From: a virus
Lineage: Duplodnaviria > Caudoviricetes
Direction: 5' to 3' (one strand)
DNA: 24,902 nucleotides
IMG/VR virus record: IMGVR_UViG_3300029775_000017
Location: 1-24,902 of that record
Shown one piece after another: positions 1 to 7,067 of the stretch (positions within the stretch are counted from its first letter, which is position 1; each line of letters starts with the position of its first letter). The notes beneath the pieces were generated by a model that saw only the letters and a list, made by a program, of their open reading frames with translations, was not told the origin of the DNA and ran no database searches. The position numbers were made by a program, and so were the translations under genes.

Positions 1-1
1 A

Positions 2-448
2 GCCTTTAACAATATGGAAAAGGCGATAGCTAAGCAGCAAAAACAAATATCTAATCTAACTAAAAAACAAGAAATGGAAGCAAGGCTAAACAACTCTAAA
101 GCGAGACAAGCCAACGTACTTTTGAAGATTGCAGATAAAATCAATATACCGGAGTATAAACAAATTTTAAATTCTTATGCAGCTGAAATTATTACGGGTC
201 AAAAACTTTTACCTTTACAAGCAGTAGAAAAGAAGACCTATTCAGCCGAGGAAATAGGAAACCAAATAGGCATATCCTCAAACATGGTCGGGAGAATAGC
301 AAACTTGTACAAGCTCAAAACACCAGAATACGGAAAGCTATTTTATGATAAAGCCAAACATTCAAACAAACAGGTAGAAACTTTTAGATATTATGATAGC
401 ATCATTCCAATAATAAAAGGGTTGATAAGAAATGATAAAAACGCATAA
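2..448 (+). CDS. Rha/antirepressor-type phage regulatory protein, 5'-truncated by the window edge
   Basis: The frame is open upstream of ATG 14 (GCC TTT AAC AAT ATG GAA = AFNNME, resembling the end of a Rha domain). The C-terminal TYSAEEIG...GRIAN...YDKAKHSNKQVETFRY segment resembles phage antirepressor C-termini. Confidence 0.6.
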   Translation, partial: AFNNMEKAIAKQQKQISNLTKKQEMEARLNNSKARQANVLLKIADKINIPEYKQILNSYAAEIITGQKLLPLQAVEKKTYSAEEIGNQIGISSNMVGRIANLYKLKTPEYGKLFYDKAKHSNKQVETFRYYDSIIPIIKGLIRNDKNA

Positions 449-644
449 ACGAATAAAAGTCAAAGACGCTGCTGAAATTTTGGGAGTATCGCAGCAATTC
501 ATAAGATTAGGCATACAAAGAGGAGAACTTCCAATAGGAACAGCAGTAAAAATGAGCAGTAAATGGACGTATCACATAAGTCCAAAGTTGCTTGAGGAAT
601 ATGCAGGAAAACAAAATTATATAAAGGAGGTCCGAGAAAAATGA
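432..644 (+). CDS. Small HTH DNA-binding protein (excisionase/MerR-like)
   Basis: VKDAAEILGVSQQFIRLGIQRG HTH; early-operon position. Confidence 0.75.
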   Translation: MIKTHKRIKVKDAAEILGVSQQFIRLGIQRGELPIGTAVKMSSKWTYHISPKLLEEYAGKQNYIKEVREK

Positions 645-882
645 ATAAAAATTTGATAATTGCCAAATTGGAAATCTTAAACATTCTCCTGCGGGAGAAA
701 ATAGAAGATAGCAATGTACGAGTTTGTGCAGACAAAATTGAACAATACACAGTTACAAAGAACAAGGAATATTTTGAAAAGGAAATAAGAGAAAATGAGG
801 CATTAATAAAAGAATTGAGGAAGGAGGCCCAAAATGAAAATTGAAAGACAGGAGGTAGGAAAACAAAATTATATAAAGGAGG
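605..882 (+). repeat. 26-bp perfect direct repeat AGGAAAACAAAATTATATAAAGGAGG at 605-630 and 857-882
   Basis: Read directly from the sequence. Each copy ends in the Shine-Dalgarno of the next gene. Confidence 0.95.
641..844 (+). CDS. Hypothetical phage protein
   Basis: AGGAGG RBS; ATGA overlap with the upstream stop. Confidence 0.7.
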   Translation: MNKNLIIAKLEILNILLREKIEDSNVRVCADKIEQYTVTKNKEYFEKEIRENEALIKELRKEAQNEN

Positions 883-888
883 ATTGAG

Positions 889-1077
889 ATGAAACCACAA
901 AGTAATTGCTATGACTGCCAAAAGAGAAAACCCGGGTGTCATTCTGCTTGTGACACATATAAGCAATGGAAGGAAAATTTGTATAAGAAAAAGCCAAGGC
1001 CGAGCTATGATGCCAAAAACCTTGAATTTGACGTCATGGACCGGATTAATGCAAGGAGGCGAAGAATGAATGGGTAG
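889..1077 (+). CDS. Small Cys/His-rich protein
   Basis: AGGAGG RBS; CYDC-x5-CHSAC motif. Confidence 0.75.
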   Translation: MKPQSNCYDCQKRKPGCHSACDTYKQWKENLYKKKPRPSYDAKNLEFDVMDRINARRRRMNG

Positions 1078-1276
1078 TATTAAGTGGATTTACGGGCATT
1101 GTCCTAAATGTGGACGAGAGGTCAGGCTAAGAAAAAATCAATTTTTCAAATGTCCTTGTGGCGTTCAATTAACAGGACTTGAGCTAAAAGGAAAGCGAAA
1201 AATTGTCATGTTGGGAGGAAGCGAACAAGATGGCTATCAAAAACCAGGGAGGGATATGTGGTGGAAAAAAGGATAA
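1070..1276 (+). CDS. Zinc-ribbon protein
   Basis: CPKC...CPC motif; AGGAGG upstream; overlaps the previous stop. Confidence 0.65.
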   Translation: MGSIKWIYGHCPKCGREVRLRKNQFFKCPCGVQLTGLELKGKRKIVMLGGSEQDGYQKPGRDMWWKKG

Positions 1277-1458
1277 CCCGTGCTAAAGCAATCCGCTTAA
1301 AATGTTTAGAATGTTCAGCACAGCAACCCTCGGAAGTGAGATGTTGTGAGATGAAAGACTGCCCTCTATGGAGATATCGAATGGGGAGAGAGGAAAGAGA
1401 CGAGCTATACGAAAACAGTCGTCAGAAAGCGTCGGTAGCGAAGGATTTAGAAAATTGA
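1258..1458 (+). CDS. Small Cys-rich phage protein
   Basis: GGGAGG RBS before GTG; AIRLKCLECS...EVRCC...CPLWRYRMG pattern. Confidence 0.75.
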   Translation: MVEKRITRAKAIRLKCLECSAQQPSEVRCCEMKDCPLWRYRMGREERDELYENSRQKASVAKDLEN

Positions 1459-1561
1459 TATGCGTGGGTGACCAATCCTATTGCTTTGATGTGAGACTAT
1501 CAAAAAACACATCGTAGGACGTTCATTTTGAACTTAGAATTGAAAATAAGGAGGGAGATAA

Positions 1562-1705
1562 ATGTAAGCAACAATCATAGATGAAAAGTTAGACCAGGTT
1601 GTAAAACTTGCAAGGAACATATTGGAAGAAAGGCCAGAATTGAAATACTACCAGGCGGTACAGCTGGCAAGGGAAATATTAGAGATGGAGGAGGATGAGA
1701 AATGA
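1562..1705 (+). pseudogene. 47-codon gene with TAA at codon 2 (M*ATIIDEKLDQVVKLARNILEERPELKYYQAVQLAREILEMEEDEK)
   Basis: RBS AAGGAGGG, ATG 1562, TAA 1565-1567, then an open frame to TGA 1703-1705 that overlaps the next start (ATGA). Confidence 0.6.
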
Positions 1706-2022
1706 AACTTATAGCCGGTTTTATTGGAAAGGCAAAGGATTTTAAGCCAATATTTGCAAAAAAAGAAGACCCCAGGACGGCAATCCTTAAAGGTCAACAA
1801 CAAAAACCTATTACACATATTCTACCACACAATGGCGGAAAAAGCAACTATTCCGTTGTGTGTAGAAGATGTAATAGAAAACTTACTTCAGAAGTAAGTA
1901 GAAATAGAGGATATGGGAGTTATTGTTATAGAAAGGCCAGAGAAGAAAAAGCAAAGGAAAAGGTAAGGAAAGAGATAGAAGGGCAAATAGATATGGATGA
2001 ATTCATAAAGGAGGATAAATAG
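1702..2022 (+). CDS. DUF6011-like zinc-binding protein
   Basis: CRRCNRKLT-x3-SRNRGYGSYC motif; GGAGG RBS. Confidence 0.75.
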   Translation: MKLIAGFIGKAKDFKPIFAKKEDPRTAILKGQQQKPITHILPHNGGKSNYSVVCRRCNRKLTSEVSRNRGYGSYCYRKAREEKAKEKVRKEIEGQIDMDEFIKEDK

Positions 2023-2577
2023 ATGGAGAACACTATGATGGATATGATTGATGAATTTTTAGATGTTCAAGAAGATAAGGAGACTTGGAAGGTGGAGAAT
2101 GACCTCTCGGCAGATTGGTGTTTGGACAAGATTAGAGAATCTAAAGCCGAATATAGCAGATTTGAGATAGTGACACGGGCTAAAATACAGCAGATAGAAC
2201 AGGTTTTAATGAAGGAAAAAGAAAAAATGAACAATGAAGTAAGTTTTTTTGAAAGTAAATTAAGAGAGTACTTTGAAACAGTAAAGACAGAAGATACAAA
2301 AACATTGAGAAAATATAAACTTCCAAGCGGTCAACTAAAATTGAAAAAATCACAAACAATATTCAAATATGATAAAGAGAAATTAATTGAAGCGGCAGAT
2401 AACTATGAGAATATGTCTGACTATATTAAAATCAAAAAAGACTTTGATTGGGCTGAATTCAAGAAAAAATTAGAGATCAAAGGCAACAATATTATTAACA
2501 AAAATACGGGCGAAATAGTCGAAATAGATGGTTTAAGCATAGAAGAAAAGTCAGAAGAATTTAAGGTGGAGGTGTAG
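2023..2577 (+). CDS. Gam-like (host-nuclease inhibitor) / Gp157-like recombination-module protein
   Basis: ADWCLDKI coiled coil followed by KYKLPSGQLKLKK; lies upstream of the recombination gene. Confidence 0.75.
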   Translation: MENTMMDMIDEFLDVQEDKETWKVENDLSADWCLDKIRESKAEYSRFEIVTRAKIQQIEQVLMKEKEKMNNEVSFFESKLREYFETVKTEDTKTLRKYKLPSGQLKLKKSQTIFKYDKEKLIEAADNYENMSDYIKIKKDFDWAEFKKKLEIKGNNIINKNTGEIVEIDGLSIEEKSEEFKVEV

Positions 2578-2581
2578 TTGG

Positions 2582-3592
2582 ATGATAACGGGGATAAGTA
2601 ATTTTAGACGTTTGCCGCGCTTGGGTAAAATTAAACTCGGCAGGAAGGATGAAAAAAAGAAGGGAGCGCCAGTTCAGACCAGATATTTTGTTTGTCCTGA
2701 AGAGATACAAGCTATATATGGGCCTGAACCAACAGAATTAGATATTATGTTCCCGTTAGATGATACTGAGATTATATTCCCTCAATATTACAAGAAATAC
2801 GGTAAGACGGGACTCTTATGCAAAGGTGACGGCAAAGTTGCAACCTGCATGAAAGAAGGACAACTTGTAGAAGTTACCTGTACGCCTAACGCATCTGAAT
2901 GTGCCGGTTGTAAACCTATAGGAGTATTAAACGTACTTCTTCCTAAGATACAGGGATTTGGAGTATGGCAGATATGGACATCAAGTTGGAACAGCATAGT
3001 AAATTTGAATTCTTCTATAGATATGATACGAGCCATGACCGGAGGAAAGATATCATTCATCCCGCTAAAACTAATATACCAAGAGCATAATGCAGTTGTA
3101 AGAACATCGAAAGGGCAATTTCAAAAAGAAGTTTATGTGATGAGCATAAATATAAATATGACTATGGAAGAATTTTATAATAAAAATTCTCTTGATATGA
3201 AAATGCAAAGAGGGATTCAAGAAAATGAAGGTTTTGCAGCAATGATTGATGCTACTTCAAAAATGAAAGCCTTAAACGCGGGTAAAAAGCAAGAGAGAAA
3301 AGAGGGCCCGTTTCAATTAGAAGATGATGACGAAGAATTTATGGAATATGGGGAATCGGAAGAACTTCCTAAACAAGAAGAAATTACGAAGATTCCTACC
3401 AAAGTAGATATACTTACAGAGCAGCAATTGAAATATATTGATAGACTGGTGAAACAAAAAAGAGTAGATGAGGCTTCTTTGAAAAACTATAGTAATGAAA
3501 TGTTTAAAAAAGAACATGTTTCTGATTTAAGTAAAAAAGAAGCAAGTGAACTGATAGAGGTTCTAAAAGCAATAAGAAATGAAGAAAATTAG
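2582..3592 (+). CDS. gp3-like ('recombination directionality factor-like') protein occupying the recombinase/SSAP slot
   Basis: RRLPRLGKIKLG N-terminal motif, CKGDG, GVWQIWTSSWNSI; C-terminal LSKKEASELIE motif. Confidence 0.65.
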   Translation: MITGISNFRRLPRLGKIKLGRKDEKKKGAPVQTRYFVCPEEIQAIYGPEPTELDIMFPLDDTEIIFPQYYKKYGKTGLLCKGDGKVATCMKEGQLVEVTCTPNASECAGCKPIGVLNVLLPKIQGFGVWQIWTSSWNSIVNLNSSIDMIRAMTGGKISFIPLKLIYQEHNAVVRTSKGQFQKEVYVMSININMTMEEFYNKNSLDMKMQRGIQENEGFAAMIDATSKMKALNAGKKQERKEGPFQLEDDDEEFMEYGESEELPKQEEITKIPTKVDILTEQQLKYIDRLVKQKRVDEASLKNYSNEMFKKEHVSDLSKKEASELIEVLKAIRNEEN

Positions 3593-3625
3593 AGGGGGAT
3601 TATTCCCCCTTTAGGTGGTGGATAT

Positions 3626-4534
3626 ATGGCGAGACCTATAAAAAAAGGGTTAGATTATTATCCTTTGGATGTTGATTTTTTACAAGATATAAAGGTTAGA
3701 AAAATTATGAGGGCATGCGGCATTCAATCTGTAGCAATACTAATCAGCCTGCTTTCTAGTATCTATCGTGATGAGGGGTACTATGTTGTGTGGGATAGTG
3801 ATATGTCTTTTCTAGTTGCTGACGAAGTTGGGGCTAGCGAGGGCGCAGTATTGGAGGTTGTAAAAAAAGCTATTCAAACAGGTTTTTTTGATGAAAATAT
3901 TTATGAAAATTATAAAGTTTTAACATCCAGAGGAATACAAAAACGATTTTTAGAAGTTGCCAATAGGAGGAAATCTATTAACTTCATTTCAGAATATTTG
4001 TTAATAGATTTAGATAATGAATACAATAACTTAGTTAATGTAGACATTAATTCAATTAATGTAGGCAAGAGTACACAAAGTAAAGTAAAGAAAAGCAAAG
4101 AAGAGAAAAGTAAAGAAAATACTACTAGTACTACTATGGAACCAGAGCAAAATATTTTTGATGAAGAACTTAAAGAGTTGGCACAGCTATATCAAAAATG
4201 TGGATTTGATGTCAATGGCTTAACTCCTGATTGGCTGTTAGATTTAAAACAGAAATATAGTTTTGAGTGGACTAAAAATGCATTGCTTGAAGCTGAGAGG
4301 CAGGGAAAAAGAACAAAGAAATATGTTGAAGGAATTTTAAGCAATTGGAAGGCAAAAGGAGGTATGACTTTGTCTATAGATAAGAGTAATACACAAAATA
4401 GAAAAACTTCTCCTAAGAATAGATTTCATAACTTTGAGCAGAGGAGCAGCAAGTATAGCAATGGCCAGCTTGAAGACATAGCAATGCGGAAAAAAGAAGA
4501 GTACTTAAAAAAGATTAAGGGGGAAAAGAAGTGA
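3626..4534 (+). CDS. Phage replication initiator (DUF4373/Lin1244-like N-terminus, DnaD-like C-terminus)
   Basis: MARPIKKGLDYYPLDVDF start, VLTSRGIQKRF, K-rich linker, YVEGILSNW motif. Confidence 0.85.
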   Translation: MARPIKKGLDYYPLDVDFLQDIKVRKIMRACGIQSVAILISLLSSIYRDEGYYVVWDSDMSFLVADEVGASEGAVLEVVKKAIQTGFFDENIYENYKVLTSRGIQKRFLEVANRRKSINFISEYLLIDLDNEYNNLVNVDINSINVGKSTQSKVKKSKEEKSKENTTSTTMEPEQNIFDEELKELAQLYQKCGFDVNGLTPDWLLDLKQKYSFEWTKNALLEAERQGKRTKKYVEGILSNWKAKGGMTLSIDKSNTQNRKTSPKNRFHNFEQRSSKYSNGQLEDIAMRKKEEYLKKIKGEKK

Positions 4535-4619
4535 AGAAATACAAGAGATGGAGAATGTTGATAAGTGGAACATTGCTTAAAGAATATATCCATAGCAGGA
4601 TTTTAAGGAGTTGATATAA

Positions 4620-5036
4620 GTGAGAAGTTTTATTATATTTGGGCAACCTGTGGCAAAAGGCAGACCAAAAGTAACTAAATGGGGAACATATACGCCTGAA
4701 AAAACAGTGAACTATGAAAATTTAGTAAAAATGAGTTATATAGAAGCTTATAAAGATGAAAAACTACTAGAAGGCGATTTAGAAGTAACTATCAATTTCT
4801 ATTTCTCAATGCCTAAAAGCACTAGTAAAAAAACGAAAGAAAGAATGTTAAATCACGAAATAATGCACAATAAAAGACCTGATATAGACAACTGCATCAA
4901 ATCAATTACAGACGCATTAAATAAAATAGCTTACAAAGATGACAATCAAATAGTAAAGATAAAAGCTAGTAAATATTATTCGGACGAGCCTAGAACCGTA
5001 GTATTTATTAAGAAAATCAGGGAGGCAGAGCAATGA
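4620..5036 (+). CDS. rusA: RusA-family Holliday junction resolvase
   Basis: GQPVAKGRP and RPDIDNCIKSITDALNKIAYKDDNQI catalytic motif. Confidence 0.93.
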   Translation: MRSFIIFGQPVAKGRPKVTKWGTYTPEKTVNYENLVKMSYIEAYKDEKLLEGDLEVTINFYFSMPKSTSKKTKERMLNHEIMHNKRPDIDNCIKSITDALNKIAYKDDNQIVKIKASKYYSDEPRTVVFIKKIREAEQ

Positions 5037-5239
5037 GTAAATATTGGGAGAATGCATCGGGATGTTATGATCCCACAGCAGCAAAAATAATTGAAAAAGA
5101 AAATTTTGTTGAAAGAGTAAGAGATAAAGAGGTCCATGACACAATTCGTGAAATAAAAAATATTCTTAAATACAGGAATTTAGAACTGATAGATAGAGTT
5201 AAATTAAAAGATAAGGAAACAGGCAGGAAGTATCTATAA
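5033..5239 (+). CDS. Conserved hypothetical phage protein
   Basis: NASGCYDPTA...RVKLKDKETGR pattern; ATGA overlap; GGGAGG RBS. Confidence 0.75.
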   Translation: MSKYWENASGCYDPTAAKIIEKENFVERVRDKEVHDTIREIKNILKYRNLELIDRVKLKDKETGRKYL

Positions 5240-5252
5240 GGGAGGGACAGGG

Positions 5253-5666
5253 GTGGATAAACACAAACTTTCACAGCTAAGGTATTTGAAAAGTGAAATT
5301 GCAATGCTAAAAGAACAAATAGGCGATATACAAGTTCATACTACAAAAGACAGCGTAAAAGCCTCTCAGACCGATTGGCCATATATAGAATACGCAGCAA
5401 AGATTGAAGGGGCGGATATACAAGAATATGCCAGAAAATTGAGAAGAAGGCAGAGAAGGCTTGATAGACGAGTGAAAGAATTGATGGACCTGGTAGATGA
5501 AATAGAAGAATATATCAACACCATAGATGATAGTCTGACAAGGCAGGCTATAATGCTTAAATATGTAAATGGGTTGGAGTGGAGACAGGTAGCGGCTCAT
5601 ATTGGTGGAGGTAATACAGCAGAAGGACTAAGAAAAAGGGTACAAAGATTTTTTCAAGAAAATTAA
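5253..5666 (+). CDS. ArpU/RinA-type late transcriptional activator (sigma-70 region 4-like HTH)
   Basis: Last early gene; N-terminal coiled coil plus LKYVNGLEWRQVAAHIG HTH. Confidence 0.75.
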   Translation: MDKHKLSQLRYLKSEIAMLKEQIGDIQVHTTKDSVKASQTDWPYIEYAAKIEGADIQEYARKLRRRQRRLDRRVKELMDLVDEIEEYINTIDDSLTRQAIMLKYVNGLEWRQVAAHIGGGNTAEGLRKRVQRFFQEN

Positions 5667-5669
5667 AGT

Positions 5670-5703
5670 TGTCCCGGTATGTCCGTTTTAGATGTGGTAA
5701 TAT
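5670..5703 (+). promoter_or_regulatory. Candidate late promoter: TGTCC direct repeats plus extended -10
   Basis: TGTCC at 5670-5674 and 5680-5684 (10-bp period); TGgTAATAT at 5695-5703; immediately after the activator gene. Confidence 0.55.
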
Positions 5704-5766
5704 GATATTAGTGAAAAGTATATTTATATAGGAATTTGAAAATCAAAGATCTCCCTACCCCTTTTG

Positions 5767-5794
5767 AAAGGCATGCCTGAGCGGCATGTCTTTT
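5767..5794 (+). terminator. Intrinsic terminator-like hairpin
   Basis: AAGGCATGCC-tgagc-GGCATGTCTT followed by TT. Confidence 0.6.
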
Positions 5795-5815
5795 GTATAT
5801 TTTTACGAAATGAGA

Positions 5816-5841
5816 AGGATTTCCTCTTTTTTTGTAGAAGT
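5816..5841 (+). promoter_or_regulatory. Candidate sigma-H-like promoter
   Basis: AGGATTT-N11-GTAGAAGT versus the sigma-H consensus AGGA...GAAT (one mismatch in the -10). Confidence 0.4.
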
Positions 5842-5865
5842 ATAGGGGAGAAGGGAGAGGATAAT

Positions 5866-6048
5866 ATGAGCAGTGACAGTATAGACGGCGATATCTTGCT
5901 GGCAATGTTAGGAGGTATAAAGCAAGGAATAGAGGACGTTGAATCAGAAGTGAACAGCGTATATACTTGCATATCGGATATTTCTGAAACAAACAATAAG
6001 CTAGACAAAATAATAGAGTTATTAGAAAAAATAGCAAAGAATATTTAA
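5866..6048 (+). CDS. 60-aa acidic coiled-coil moron protein
   Basis: GGGAGAGG RBS before ATG 5866, preferred over TTG 5764; flanked by terminators. Confidence 0.7.
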   Translation: MSSDSIDGDILLAMLGGIKQGIEDVESEVNSVYTCISDISETNNKLDKIIELLEKIAKNI

Positions 6049-6070
6049 AGAGCCTAACTAAGGCTCTTTT
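6047..6070 (+). terminator. Intrinsic terminator
   Basis: AAAGAGCCT-aacta-AGGCTCTTT followed by a T-rich tract. Confidence 0.7.
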
Positions 6071-6099
6071 CTTTTACAAAAATTAGGGGGTGGAAGCAC

Positions 6100-6666
6100 A
6101 TGGCAACAGACTTAATTTGCAATAAATGTTATTTGAAAAAAGAATGTGAATTGCCATGTAATGCCTTCGAGGAATTATATAAAATATATGATGAGCAAAA
6201 CAAGAAAGATAAAACAATACGAGTTCGGAATTTAAAAAGGCAGTTAGGAATAAGAGATGCAGAACCAAGCAATGAGCTTAGATACCTGGCAACTAAAATA
6301 ATTAATAGATTCCCAGAATTTGCATTTATAAAAGAGTGGAATATTAAGATAGGATATGTAATCAGTCAGGAAAAGAAACGAGGGGAAAAGATTATATTTG
6401 CTGATTGCAGGAAGGTACAAGAGGTTTTTAAAGCTTACCTGCCTTTTGATTTTATAATTACATTTTATGAAAATAATACAGGGTTCTTAAACGAAAACCA
6501 GTTGAAGATATTAATGTACCATGAATTAAAACATATAGGAATGGGAGAAAAAGGGCCGAAGACAATACCTCACGATATAGAAGATTTCAGTGATATTTTG
6601 GATAAATATGGGCTTGATTGGAATGCTTTCGGAAAGGAGTTGCCGGATATATCAGGAGGTGATTGA
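6100..6666 (+). CDS. Putative phage metallopeptidase
   Basis: DFIITFY...ILMYHELKHIG...PHDIEDF (HEXXH); directly before terS. Confidence 0.8.
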   Translation: MATDLICNKCYLKKECELPCNAFEELYKIYDEQNKKDKTIRVRNLKRQLGIRDAEPSNELRYLATKIINRFPEFAFIKEWNIKIGYVISQEKKRGEKIIFADCRKVQEVFKAYLPFDFIITFYENNTGFLNENQLKILMYHELKHIGMGEKGPKTIPHDIEDFSDILDKYGLDWNAFGKELPDISGGD

Positions 6667-6669
6667 TAG

Positions 6670-7065
6670 ATGGATAACTTACAAAACTTTACAGAATACA
6701 AACTTACAGATAAAGAGAAAAATTTACTTGAGGTGTTGTTAAATCCCGAAAATAGAATGAAGTCAATAACAGATATCTGTAAACTTGCAAAATGCTCACG
6801 TCCTGTCTATTATGAGGCCTTTTCAAAACCTGGTTTTGTTGAGATATATAAAAAGCGGTCTATGGACATGGTAAAACAATCTATCGCATCTGTATTAAAT
6901 ACGTTTATTAGAGAAGCGCAGAGGGGCAGCTTCCAGCACGGGAAAATCCTTCTTGAAATGGCAGGGATGTATACCGAGAGCTCAGATGTCAAAGTATCTG
7001 GAGAAGTCAACACGAACACCGACAAGCTTGATGCCATACTGGAGCAGTTGAAAGAGGGTGATTAA
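6670..7065 (+). CDS. terS: Terminase small subunit (phBC6A51-like HTH)
   Basis: N-terminal HTH (ITDICKLAKCSRPVYY), KILLEMAGMY, C-terminal KLDAILEQL; directly upstream of terL. Confidence 0.75.
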   Translation: MDNLQNFTEYKLTDKEKNLLEVLLNPENRMKSITDICKLAKCSRPVYYEAFSKPGFVEIYKKRSMDMVKQSIASVLNTFIREAQRGSFQHGKILLEMAGMYTESSDVKVSGEVNTNTDKLDAILEQLKEGD

Positions 7066-7067
7066 CC

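Noticed and set aside
3592-3611. AGGGGGA/TCCCCCT hairpin before the initiator
   Set aside because: Short stem with little T tract; its function as a terminator is uncertain.
4531-4614. 27-codon GTG ORF between the initiator and rusA
   Set aside because: It overlaps the upstream stop and has a GGGGG run upstream, but it is short and has no motif. Support is too weak to list.
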